Shown here in pieces: positions 1 through 9,875 of a stretch of 64,000 nucleotides of DNA. The position numbers and the translations under genes were made by a program. Position 1 is the first letter of the stretch; every line of letters begins with the position of its first letter. The DNA is taken from assembly GCA_050951325.1 (NCBI GenBank), contig JBMNIW010000011.1, positions 1 through 64,000 on the forward strand, given 5' to 3'. The notes under the pieces are model-generated. The model was not told the origin of the DNA and ran no database searches. It saw nothing but the letters and a program-made list of their open reading frames with translations. The DNA is from Clostridia bacterium (GTDB taxonomy: Bacteria > Bacillota > Clostridia > UBA1212 > DUPL01).

Positions 1-674
1 AGTCTCTTGAAGCCATCAGTGACTTCTCTTTCTCCGTACGATTTAATTCTTTTTACTGCTGTACTCATGTTATCAAAACGAATTATTGTAGGCACCTTGC
101 CTAGATACTCAAAGACATTTTTGAGTCCCTGCATCAAGCACTCTAAATTTTCACCTTTAAACAGCTGTACAAACTTGCCATCTGAATGAGGAAATGTTAC
201 TACTAAATGATGTCCTTCATAAAGTATTCCCTTTTCGTAAAATTCAGTTTTACCAAAGTCGACTTGTGCCTCACCTGCAGGATGCTCAAGGGGTAAATGA
301 GTATTTTTTATTTCTTTTATTTCTTGCCTAATATCAGCAACGAGAGTACGTATAGCGCGTTCAGATACATTAGACTCTTCACCTTCTTTTAAAGCTTCTT
401 CCTTTAATCTGGTGTAAACCCGATGTGCTGTATGACGTTGCTTTGGAGGGGCAGATAGATCATCCGTAAGCCATTGTTTCACTCTTTCTCGATATTTAGA
501 TGTCTTGCCGCTACGCTTAACCTTTACAGGAACCTTGGGACTAAAGTCCTCCATTTCTACGTATTTCTTTACAGTCTCAAAATCGTGTTTTGTCTCCCTT
601 GCAATCTGCCTCAAACTCTTTCCTTCATTTTTATACATATTTCTGATATTATATATTTGCTCCATTGTTAACAT
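1..674 (-). CDS. istA: IS21 transposase IstA, 5' part (truncated by the window edge)
   Basis: Same reading frame and start (ATG at 674) as the complete istA at 1902-3440. Confidence 0.9.
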   Translation of the reverse strand, partial: MLTMEQIYNIRNMYKNEGKSLRQIARETKHDFETVKKYVEMEDFSPKVPVKVKRSGKTSKYRERVKQWLTDDLSAPPKQRHTAHRVYTRLKEEALKEGEESNVSERAIRTLVADIRQEIKEIKNTHLPLEHPAGEAQVDFGKTEFYEKGILYEGHHLVVTFPHSDGKFVQLFKGENLECLMQGLKNVFEYLGKVPTIIRFDNMSTAVKRIKSYGEREVTDGFKR

Positions 675-808
675 CTCCTTTATCTCCTTTCAGTTTAGTC
701 ACTAAAAGGATATATTATCTCGAGGTGCGAAAGCAATGGAGTTTTACTTTTCCAAACTGCTCGGATTCTTAACTTCCGGAGTGCTGGGATTCTAGTCTAC
801 CATAAACA
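1..808 (-). mobile_element. IS21-family element, copy 1 (partial, runs off the left edge)
   Basis: Near-identical to 2767-3573 (about a dozen substitutions and one 1-bp indel by eye); ends in ...CATAAACA at 808 (TGTTTATG terminus on the minus strand). Confidence 0.93.
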
Positions 809-1038
809 GTGCAGCGCGGAAGTTAAAAACCCTGCAGTGCGGAAGTTAAAATCCATGCACCTCGCTATTTTAAACTATTTATTTTTTCTAATGACTATAT
901 TCTCTTGAACATTATTAGCCACATAAGCAATTTGTACAGCATCTAAAGTGAAAGGGCACAGCTTTTACACACATGATCCAGAAATCGGTTTTAAACACCA
1001 TCCTGGATGTCTATGGTGTCTTTTGCAGAAGCCAGACT

Positions 1039-1149
1039 CTAACTTCCAAACAGTACAGCTTGAGCTCTTAGGAACATTATTAGTTCAATTGAGAACAATG
1101 AAATGCACAACAACATGCACATTTTGCTTGTTCTATTCCTGAATTGCAT
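1039..1149 (-). CDS. Putative 36-aa hydrophobic small protein inside IS21
   Basis: GGAGGT RBS upstream of ATG; MQFRNRTSKMCMLLCISLFSIELIMFLRAQAVLFGS. Confidence 0.3.
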   Translation of the reverse strand: MQFRNRTSKMCMLLCISLFSIELIMFLRAQAVLFGS

Positions 1150-1198
1150 TTTACCACCTCCAGCCATTCTCTCTTATGTACAACTTATTTAATAAACT

Positions 1199-1927
1199 TT
1201 AAGCCCTCATTGTTGAATGAGCAAGTCTAAAGCTTGGTCCATTATGCAATATTAAATAACCATGATGTACCATTCTGTCCAGAATTGCATTAGTTAGCTT
1301 TTCATCATAAAAGATAGTGTTCCATTCGTTAAAAGGTAGGTTTGTAGTAATTACTACACTACGTTGCTCATAGCATTCCGAAATTACCTCAAACAGTAAC
1401 TGAGTACCAGTCTTTTCAAACGGGATATAGCCCCACTCATCCAATATGACAAGTTTTGCATTTAAAAGCTTCTTCCAGATGCTCTCTAGATTCTTTGAGG
1501 ACATTGCCTCAACTAAATCGTTAACCAATCTACTAGTCTTGTAATAAGCAACTCTATTTCCTTTCCTGCAGGCTTCAACACCTATAGCGGTTGCTAAGTG
1601 AGTCTTTCCGGTTCCAGGCTTTCCAAAAAGTATTAAGTTCTGTTTATTTTCGATAAATGTACATTCTTTTAAATCGTCTACTGATAGCTCTTCAGGCAGT
1701 TGTACATAATCAAAGGAATAGTTGGCAAAGGTTTTAATTACATCAAAACCAGCCAGTTTTAAATATCGGTTTTTACGTTCTATGTCTCTTTCTTCAACAA
1801 CAACCCTCAGTAAACTTATTAAGAAATCTTCGTTAGTCTCAGCTTTTATTGTTTTGTATGCTTCGGCCATGTATGTTCCTAGTCTTAATTGCTTGCAGAG
1901 CTCAAGTATTATTCTTTGCTTGCTCAT
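1199..1927 (-). CDS. istB: IS21 helper ATPase IstB
   Basis: Walker A GKPGTGKT, Walker B LVILDEWG, ITTNLPF and AILDRMVH motifs; overlaps the end of istA. Confidence 0.96.
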   Translation of the reverse strand: MSKQRIILELCKQLRLGTYMAEAYKTIKAETNEDFLISLLRVVVEERDIERKNRYLKLAGFDVIKTFANYSFDYVQLPEELSVDDLKECTFIENKQNLILFGKPGTGKTHLATAIGVEACRKGNRVAYYKTSRLVNDLVEAMSSKNLESIWKKLLNAKLVILDEWGYIPFEKTGTQLLFEVISECYEQRSVVITTNLPFNEWNTIFYDEKLTNAILDRMVHHGYLILHNGPSFRLAHSTMRA

Positions 1928-3440
1928 TATCCACACCCCTTTCTCGAACTAAAGACATATACGCTTGTAAATCTACTTTATACTCTGCATGTTTGGGAAA
2001 CTTTACGTTTGTCTCGATATTAGCTTCAGGAAGCACAGGATCGATTATGTACCTATATGCAGCTTGTATGCTTTCTGAGCTGTTTGCGCCTAAAGTTATT
2101 GCCTTATTGAAGAACTCCATTGCTTTTTCATAGCCTTCTATCTCAGCCCTTTCTGCAAAGAACTTTAATGCTTTCTGTGCATCTGGTAGATTTGCTTGCT
2201 TAAAAAAAACTCTTGTTTCTTCTGGCAACTCCTCATAAAACATTGTATACTTTAACGCCTTCGGTCTTTTTGCTATCAAAGGGAGATAGGTCTCCCACTT
2301 AATGGATTCTTGGTTTTTGCCATATAACCTTGGATGTTCAACAATTAACTCAGAATTAGCATTTAATATTCTGACAGACATAGCAGATACCTGTAGTATT
2401 ACCTCACTCTGCCCGCAGTAACTGCTCGTGGAGTACAAATTGGTTTCAAATTTTGCACGTCCGTATTTGTCAGTTTTAGCAAAAACAAATTTGCAAGCAT
2501 CAAAGTCAGTAGCTGGCAGTTCGTTCATTGCTGCTAAATCCTCTTTGAAAAGGTCACATACTTGTCTTTCGTACTTGTAGTGTTCTCTTATCATATCACT
2601 TGAACATTTCTCTAAAAGAATCTTATTGTACTCGGATAAATCCTCTATACGTGGCACAGGTACAAACATATTTCTTCGACTTGTTCCAACATAATTCTCT
2701 GCAGAACCTTTTTCATGACCAGAGTTTGGGTTGCAAAAATTGCTTTTAAAGCCATAATGGCACATTAGTCTCTTAAAGCCATCAGTGACTTCTCTTTCTC
2801 CGTATGATTTAATTCTTTTTACTGCTGTACTCATGTTATCAAAACGAATTATTGTAGGCACCTTGCCTAGATACTCAAAGACGTTTTTGAGTCCCTGCAT
2901 CAAGCACTCTAAATTTTCACCTTTAAACAGCTGGACAAACTTGCCATCTGAATGAGGAAATGTTACTACTAAATGATGTCCTTCATAAAGTATTCCCTTT
3001 TCGTAAAATTCAGTTTTCCCAAAGTCGACTTGTGCCTCACCTGCAGGATGTTCAAGGGGTAAATGAGTATTTTTTATTTCTTTTATTTCTTGCTTAATAT
3101 CAGCAACGAGAGTACGTATAGCGCGTTCAGATACATTAAACTCTTCACCTTCTTTTAAAGCTTCTTCCTTTAATCTGGTGTAAACCCGATGTGCTGTATG
3201 ACGTTGCTTTGGAGGGGCAGATAGATCATCCGTAAGCCATTGTCTCACTCTTTCTCGATATTTAGATGTCTTGCCGTTACGCTTAACCTTTACAGGAACC
3301 TTGGGACTAAAGTCCTCCATTTCTACGTATTTCTTTACAGTCTCAAAATCGTGTTTTGTCTCCCTTGCAATCTGCCTCAAACTCTTTCCTTCATTTTTAT
3401 ACATATTTCTGATATTATATATTTGCTCCATTGTTAACAT
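1902..3440 (-). CDS. istA: IS21 transposase IstA
   Basis: N-terminal HTH, EAQVDFG, RFDNMS and HEKGSAEN DDE motifs. Confidence 0.96.
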   Translation of the reverse strand: MLTMEQIYNIRNMYKNEGKSLRQIARETKHDFETVKKYVEMEDFSPKVPVKVKRNGKTSKYRERVRQWLTDDLSAPPKQRHTAHRVYTRLKEEALKEGEEFNVSERAIRTLVADIKQEIKEIKNTHLPLEHPAGEAQVDFGKTEFYEKGILYEGHHLVVTFPHSDGKFVQLFKGENLECLMQGLKNVFEYLGKVPTIIRFDNMSTAVKRIKSYGEREVTDGFKRLMCHYGFKSNFCNPNSGHEKGSAENYVGTSRRNMFVPVPRIEDLSEYNKILLEKCSSDMIREHYKYERQVCDLFKEDLAAMNELPATDFDACKFVFAKTDKYGRAKFETNLYSTSSYCGQSEVILQVSAMSVRILNANSELIVEHPRLYGKNQESIKWETYLPLIAKRPKALKYTMFYEELPEETRVFFKQANLPDAQKALKFFAERAEIEGYEKAMEFFNKAITLGANSSESIQAAYRYIIDPVLPEANIETNVKFPKHAEYKVDLQAYMSLVRERGVDNEQAKNNT

Positions 3441-3573
3441 CTCCTTTATCTCCTTTCAGTTTAGTCACTAAAAGGATATATTATCTCGAGGTGCGAAGCA
3501 ATGGAGTTTTACTTTTCCAAACCGCTCGGATTCTTAACTTCCGGAGTGCTGGGATTCTAGTCTACCATAAACA

Positions 3574-5436
3574 GATTATGTCCCATGTGGTATAATCAGA
3601 AGAAGAAATAATAAATGGTGGTATAATATGGAATTGTAATTACGTAAACATGAGCTAAGAAAGTATAATGCAATAAAAGACTGTGTTGAAAATCATGGAA
3701 ATAAAAAGCGAGTAGCAGCTCAATTAGGTTGTACCCTAAGACATGTTAATCGCTTAATAAGTGGCTTTAATAAGCATGGAAAGCAATTCTTTGTGCATGG
3801 CAATAGAGGGAGAAAACCATCACATGCAATTGATGAGAAAATCAAGGAAAACGTCATTAACCTTTACAACACTACATATGCGGATGCTAATTTTACTCAT
3901 TATTGTAAATTTCTAAAAACTAAAGAAAAAATCAATGTATCATACAGTTATGTTAGACAAGTTCTGATGAATGCTAATATTTGCTCTCCAAAGGCTAGAA
4001 GAAAGACAAGGAAAGCATTAGCAAAAAGGCTGAAGGAAGCAAAAAAAGAAGCAAAAAGCAAGAAAGAAGTTAAAAAAATTGATAAAGCAATTTTATCTTT
4101 ATCAGAAGTTCATCCCAGACGTCCCAGAAGAGCATATCCTGGGGAGTTGATTCAAATGGATGCCTCCCAACACATATGGTTTGGTTCTAAAATGATACAT
4201 TTGCATGCTGCCATAGATGACTGCACTGGTGCCATATTGGGTGCATACTTCGATGAACAAGAGACATTAAACGGCTATTATAACGTTATGCATCAGCTAA
4301 TAACCAATTATGGTATTCCATGTGAGATTTTAACAGACAGGCGTACAATATTTGAATACAAGAAAACAAAAGAGACTAAAGTTGAAAACGATACTATGAC
4401 TCAATTTGCTTACGCTTGTCAAACCCTGGGAGTAATACTTAATACAACAAGTGTAAGCCAGGCCAAAGGGCGTGTTGAAAGGCTGTTTGGAACTTTGCAA
4501 TCACGCCTCACTGTTGAACTCAGACTGGCCAATATAGAATCAATTGAGCAAGCGAATGAATTCCTTATTAAAAATTTTCTCCCAGAATTTAACGAGGAAT
4601 TTTCGTTGCCATATAATATTAGCAAATCGGTGTTCATTCCGCAAGCTGAATATCAAGATATAAATCTTATACTAGCTGTACTGACTGACCGTAAAATAGA
4701 CAAAGGTTGTTGCATCAAGTATAGAAATACCCATTACAAGTTAGTTAACGAAAAGGGCGATTACGTGTATTACCAAAGCGGCACAGAAGGGCTCGTTATT
4801 CAAGCTTTAGACGGTAACCTGTATTTCAGTGTTAATGATATGGTATACGCACTAGAAGAGGTTCCTGTGCACGCAGAGACATCTAAGACCTTCGATCCTG
4901 CTCCTAATGAGAAAAAGGAACGCAAGATATACATACCTCCTATGAGTCATCCTTGGAAAAAAGCCTCTTTTGACAGTTATGTTAGGAAACAGAAGCATAG
5001 GCAGAAATTAATGGCCTAAAACACGTTTAAGGCTTACAGGCAAGTTTAATGAATGGATATCATTAAGCCACAAGAAACATAGTGGCTGTCTTGTGCTGCC
5101 AAAAAACAACATGGAACGTATGCCTTAATTCCCTTAATATCAATTCTTTCTGATGCCCCGAGATAATTACCATAAAACGTGAGAAAAGGGAGGGTTCGCT
5201 ATGCTAAAATTAAAAATACGAGGGCATTAAGTGGCTTTGAACCTTATCATCAACCCTCCCGTCAGCCCGTCGACACCTCTGTTCAGCATAGCAGAAGAGG
5301 TTAAGTCAAGAGAAGAAACAAAGTGACTCTTGACTTGGCCTCTACCGACCTTTTGAAGTACATATGCTCAAATTAAATATGGTTCTTATGCTGTTTTTTC
5401 TTTTTTTTTTGGGGACATTTTCAAATACGGTTGACA
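3574..5436 (+). mobile_element. IS1202-group (ISNCY) element, left IR truncated by IS21
   Basis: Right IR GGGGACATTTTCAAATACGGTTGACA (5411-5436); only the inner part GATTATGTCCC of the left IR remains at 3574-3584. Confidence 0.8.
3628..5019 (+). CDS. IS1202/ISNCY-family DDE transposase; in-frame TAA at codon 4 (possible pseudogene)
   Basis: HGNRGRKP, GELIQMDAS, AIDD, TDRR and AKGRVERLFGTLQSRL motifs. The frame is open from 3640 and includes an HTH upstream of the track start; ATG GAA TTG TAA at 3628-3639. Confidence 0.85.
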
Positions 5437-5441
5437 CTACT

Positions 5442-6143
5442 TTAAACAATACGTGCAGCAAAAATTTTCAACTTTGAAATAATGTTTGCAAGGAAATTCT
5501 TCTCAAAGAACAATTTCGCAATCGCTGACTCCTCTATCTTTTGGACAAGGGGTGCAAGACTTTCCCTTGAAGAGAACATGTATATGAAAAGAAGCACAAC
5601 AGATACAATCAAAATTCCTTCCAAAACTCCTAGAAGAACACCACCCACCGAATCAACCTGTTTAATAACTGGCAGTTCTCTTGCAAACTTGATGATACGT
5701 TTCAAAACAAGCATAATAATCAAAACAAGAATAAACGTTATCAAAAAAGCAAAAACACTGACAATAAACGCAGTTACCTTGTCGCTAATGCTTTCTGCAA
5801 GAGCTTCAAACGCACCTTCCCCTGTTTGGATATTCTTCTTAAGAAAATTTTCAATCAGTGAAGGAAGCTTTAAACTCTCAATATAGTCTTCTGTATTAGC
5901 CAAAGCTTCCTGACCCTTTGAAACATTGTGCTCGACCAGTCTTGCATACACATTGTTGTACACCTTGTCAGGAAGAGGAGTTTTGTAAATAAACGCAACT
6001 ACAGGTTTTCTTAACAAAAAGCCAATAAAGATTGCAATAAAATACGCCCCTATTGAATAGATTCCCATCAAGAGTCCTCTTCTGTAGCCTAGAAAAGCAA
6101 ACAAAAGAATAACAACAATAACAACAATATCAGCAATATTCAT
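5442..6143 (-). CDS. CvpA (colicin V production) family membrane protein
   Basis: DIVV..GYRRGL N-terminus, VDSVGGVLLGVLEG C-terminal motif, four TM segments. Confidence 0.85.
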   Translation of the reverse strand: MNIADIVVIVVILLFAFLGYRRGLLMGIYSIGAYFIAIFIGFLLRKPVVAFIYKTPLPDKVYNNVYARLVEHNVSKGQEALANTEDYIESLKLPSLIENFLKKNIQTGEGAFEALAESISDKVTAFIVSVFAFLITFILVLIIMLVLKRIIKFARELPVIKQVDSVGGVLLGVLEGILIVSVVLLFIYMFSSRESLAPLVQKIEESAIAKLFFEKNFLANIISKLKIFAARIV

Positions 6144-6162
6144 TCAACATTCCTCCCGTCTG

Positions 6163-7392
6163 TCATTTGCCGGACATGTCCACCACTGCCATTTGATTCT
6201 GCCCGGATACAAAAAGAACTCGTGTATCCAAGTAGCTTACACCCTGTATATCAGAAACAAGATTGAACTTGCTAATCAAAAACCCCTTTAGGTTGTACAA
6301 GTATACGGTATGATCCGTATACACTGCAAACGTATCCTTCCCTGTTGAAATTCCCCTTGCCTTTCCGTCCAATTCGATTTTCCTTACAACCTCCCCCTTG
6401 TTGTTGTAGATCCTTATCAAGCTGGTAGTTGTATCCGACACAAGGTTTGTATTAATCTCTGAAAAGGCAGCTATAAGATAGTCATCTCTAAAACTATTAA
6501 CACAAACCAGGCCCGTACTGTCCGCATTTCTTTCCCAGATGACTTTTTCCGTATCCATTTTGGATGACGCTGTCGTCTCTCTCACAATCCTGACAATCTG
6601 GTCAGTACTGGCTATGAACAAGGCATTTTCCTTCAGGTAGGAAATGTAAGGGTAGATGTTGTCATGGAATGTTTCCGTAGTGTATACTTCCCCATCCCTC
6701 ATTCTAAGAAATGTAACCACCGCAGTAGAAATACCCGCTTCCTGGTAGAATCCGCTTACCGCCATCTGGGAGGCATCGCTTGAAATGTCAGCTTTTGTCA
6801 TATAGTATGCCCCAAATTTTCTGGTAAATAACGGCTTGTTTCCTTTTTTTACATCATAAACCGTTATACATGTCTTGTAATCCTCGTCGTTGTGAAGAGC
6901 AAGAAAGTATTTTGTGCTTTCGTCATAATATGCTGCAATGATGCCTTTGTCAAAAACCATGTGCCACAGAAGTCCGTTCTCATCAAATGCAAAAACACTG
7001 TAACCTCCCAAATCTGTCAACAATACAAGGTTATTATACGTTTCAAGAACTGGCTCAAAAAGCTCATAAACGTAATTCCACTTCCACTTCCCTTCCACAT
7101 CCAAACCAGTAACGCCGCTTTCATCGGCAATAATGATTGTATCCTTTAAAGAAGCGCTTGCACTTTCACCCTTGGGAGAATAATCAATCATGTTCGCAAC
7201 AGGTTCAACATACTCATCACCCTTGATGCCGAAATACATCATGAGCTTTTCATACACACCTGTGACATACATTACAAGTACTATTACAATTGCCAGTATG
7301 ACTAATATTATAACTGCGAGCTTTCGCTGCGTGTTTCTTCTTTTTTGTCGTTCGTAATTTATATCTATTCTTTTGCCTGTCACATTGATCAT
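6163..7392 (-). CDS. DUF5711-like membrane-anchored beta-propeller protein
   Basis: Single N-terminal TM, repeated beta-strand motifs, adjacent to cvpA as commonly seen in clostridia. Confidence 0.65.
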   Translation of the reverse strand: MINVTGKRIDINYERQKRRNTQRKLAVIILVILAIVIVLVMYVTGVYEKLMMYFGIKGDEYVEPVANMIDYSPKGESASASLKDTIIIADESGVTGLDVEGKWKWNYVYELFEPVLETYNNLVLLTDLGGYSVFAFDENGLLWHMVFDKGIIAAYYDESTKYFLALHNDEDYKTCITVYDVKKGNKPLFTRKFGAYYMTKADISSDASQMAVSGFYQEAGISTAVVTFLRMRDGEVYTTETFHDNIYPYISYLKENALFIASTDQIVRIVRETTASSKMDTEKVIWERNADSTGLVCVNSFRDDYLIAAFSEINTNLVSDTTTSLIRIYNNKGEVVRKIELDGKARGISTGKDTFAVYTDHTVYLYNLKGFLISKFNLVSDIQGVSYLDTRVLFVSGQNQMAVVDMSGK

Positions 7393-8413
7393 CCCTCACC
7401 CTATTATAATTCATCCCCACAGACAAGACAAGTATAAAAAGAACCATTATTCCAAAAGCACCGTAAACAGGGTAGGCAATATCCATCAATGTGCCAAATC
7501 CGATAAACGACAAGGGTATTGAAACAACAACAAGTACCATTCCCAACTTGTTGCCTGCAACATGTAGAACACTTGAAAGACCAGAAATGGCTGATGTGGA
7601 CATGGTGAGTACAAGCATCAGGAGAAACAAATAATATCCCCACTTTCCCATATACAACTCCACCAATGTAAGCAAAGGCATGTCGGAGTACTTTATCCTG
7701 CCATAAGACATATATAAACTTATGTTAACAACCAGTGCACAAGCCATTATTGAAACGCTGCCGATAAAAGAACCAACTATATAGCTTGCCTTTCCATCCA
7801 TTAGCGGCAGCGCTCTTGACATGACTGAAATAGCCACCAGTATGTTGTACCCTACATACAAAACAGAAGAAAACAAAGACATTGGAATTGAAACAGTTTG
7901 CTCAAACGAATATACAGGCTTTATAGTAAAAAGCGAAACAAAAAGAACCATCACCGCAATAAGTATAGCCGACCATGAACATATGTGCGCAAGAGCGTTA
8001 AACCCCATTATATGAACCATGATTGAAATCACCATCACGGTAAGAACAGTCAGTATCTTGTCTATTCCATAATTGGATTTTAGAATGTCGGCAAGACCAG
8101 CAAGAACAATTACATAAAGACAGTAAGAAAAAGAAGTAACAACAAAATCAAGAACCTTCCCCAAGTAAAATCCGCCTATTCTTTCATTAAACTCAGAAAC
8201 CGTTTTAACATCATTAACATACACAATCCTAAGAATTGCGCAGCCTGCCAGAATCAATAATATTGTACTTATACCGAGTCCCACATATCCAAAAAAACCG
8301 TAATCGGTAAAATATACCCTGATTTCCCTTCCCGTTGCAAAACCGGCTCCTATGACGGTTGAAAGGTATAGAAAACCCAGCTTCATAACATTTATTACCT
8401 TGTTTTTACGCAT
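7250..8413 (-). CDS. YkvI-like membrane protein
   Basis: TVIGAGFATGREI motif, about 10 TM segments; C-terminal extension overlaps the next gene by 143 bp. Confidence 0.8.
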   Translation of the reverse strand: MRKNKVINVMKLGFLYLSTVIGAGFATGREIRVYFTDYGFFGYVGLGISTILLILAGCAILRIVYVNDVKTVSEFNERIGGFYLGKVLDFVVTSFSYCLYVIVLAGLADILKSNYGIDKILTVLTVMVISIMVHIMGFNALAHICSWSAILIAVMVLFVSLFTIKPVYSFEQTVSIPMSLFSSVLYVGYNILVAISVMSRALPLMDGKASYIVGSFIGSVSIMACALVVNISLYMSYGRIKYSDMPLLTLVELYMGKWGYYLFLLMLVLTMSTSAISGLSSVLHVAGNKLGMVLVVVSIPLSFIGFGTLMDIAYPVYGAFGIMVLFILVLSVGMNYNRVRDDQCDRQKNRYKLRTTKKKKHAAKARSYNISHTGNCNSTCNVCHRCV

Positions 8414-8480
8414 AACAAAAGACCTCTTGAAAAATCCGATTCTATCAATAGATATTCCAAGAGGTCTTGTAATATTTCAA

Positions 8481-9875
8481 TTAATTTTCATTCATCAGGC
8501 TTTCAAAGTTCCTTACCACGTTTATGAGACTGTCAGACGTGTCCCCTGTAATCCTTCTTGTGTAAATCATACCATTCATGAACTCACCGTCTACATAAAT
8601 GTAGCATGTGTTTTCACTTCTCCTGTAATACTCCACCAGAACCTTTGTGTTGTCAGTTCTTGTATACTCAATTGAACAGATGAGCTCCTTGGGCTTTGGT
8701 TCCTCAAGGTCAATCTCCTCAAGCCTTAAGGAGTACATTGCAGTGGTAATCTTCTTGAACTGGCTTCTTAGATCTTTGTTTGGCCTGTTTACATTAACAC
8801 CGTTGAACCAGTAGTTCTCCTCCGTGTCCGTTACTTCATAGTCGAGGTTCCAAACCTCTCCCTCTATGGTCAGCTTTACACTCGACAAAACAATCTGGTT
8901 CTCCAAAAAAGGATAAGTATTCATGTACATGGTAACCTCATTGTCAACGAAGCTGAGCTTCGACATGGCAATAAGGTAGACATGGTTTTCACCATTAACA
9001 GTACAGTATCTGTTGTATCCGTCGCTGGTTCTGTCGCCAATCTCCAAGGTTCTTGTTGTCTGATTGTCCTTGACAGTGTACTTGGCAACAGGAACATCAA
9101 GACCGTACTCTGACAAATCCTCCACATTCGTGCTTACAAGATCTCCGACCGTAAGCGCCATAAGCGTGTCCACCAAAGAGTTAATCTGTGTAGAATCTCC
9201 TTTAATGGTAAACGGATAGGTCAGCTTCCAGGCCTTTTCATCACCCGAAAAGTCTCCCCTGATAATATACTTCGTCTCACCATGTCTGACAAGTTCGACT
9301 GTATTGATTCTCTCCTTGTTAATGTTTGGAAACACCTTGTTGGTGGTAATTGTGGCTCTTGTCACCTGTAATCTTTCTGTAAAAGTTCCACTTATTTTAT
9401 ACACCTTGTCTCCGCCTTCAAACATACAGAATATTTCACTGCCGGAAAGCGTGGTATTCCCAAGAAGAAGCTTGTGGGATTTTCCATCCTCCAAATAGAT
9501 TGTAAAGGTTGGAGGGTCATCGTGAAAACCAAAGTTTTCAACAATAATCGTCTCATCTTCTCCCACTATCACATTGCCCTGCATGTTGGCATAGCTGTTC
9601 AATATGGAAATAATGCTGGATTCGTGCACCTTTAAATCATCGTGTGACGTGCAAACCCACTTGTCATCTATTTTTTCAAGCACGAAGTCTTCTTTGTAAT
9701 GGGTTTCTATCTTGACCACTCTATTGGGGTTGAACGCCAAAACCCTCTCCCTTCGTACCTGATCCTGGTCATCATTGGAGGGCTCTCCGCCAATAAGTCC
9801 CGAGATTAGAAAGTACCCTGCCAGGACGACTGCAAGTACAATAAGGGAGATGAATGTAACCTTGTATTGTTTCAT
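8481..9875 (-). CDS. DUF4340-domain protein
   Basis: N-terminal TM, LSEYGLD..P motif, follows a GldG-like gene. Confidence 0.75.
   Translation of the reverse strand: MKQYKVTFISLIVLAVVLAGYFLISGLIGGEPSNDDQDQVRRERVLAFNPNRVVKIETHYKEDFVLEKIDDKWVCTSHDDLKVHESSIISILNSYANMQGNVIVGEDETIIVENFGFHDDPPTFTIYLEDGKSHKLLLGNTTLSGSEIFCMFEGGDKVYKISGTFTERLQVTRATITTNKVFPNINKERINTVELVRHGETKYIIRGDFSGDEKAWKLTYPFTIKGDSTQINSLVDTLMALTVGDLVSTNVEDLSEYGLDVPVAKYTVKDNQTTRTLEIGDRTSDGYNRYCTVNGENHVYLIAMSKLSFVDNEVTMYMNTYPFLENQIVLSSVKLTIEGEVWNLDYEVTDTEENYWFNGVNVNRPNKDLRSQFKKITTAMYSLRLEEIDLEEPKPKELICSIEYTRTDNTKVLVEYYRRSENTCYIYVDGEFMNGMIYTRRITGDTSDSLINVVRNFESLMNEN

Larger units (their letters stand above)
809..3573 (-). mobile_element. 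IS21-family element, copy 2 (istA-istB), outer right end missing
   Basis: istA+istB pair. Left end TGTTTATGG at 3573 with sub-terminal GGAAGTTAA repeats. Matching repeats GCAGYGCGGAAGTTAAAA at 811-851 lack the outer ~22 bp. Confidence 0.92.

Noticed and set aside
5393-5410. Poly-T run as a phase-variable tract
   Set aside because: Non-coding and just inside the IS right IR; no gene or promoter is evidently affected.
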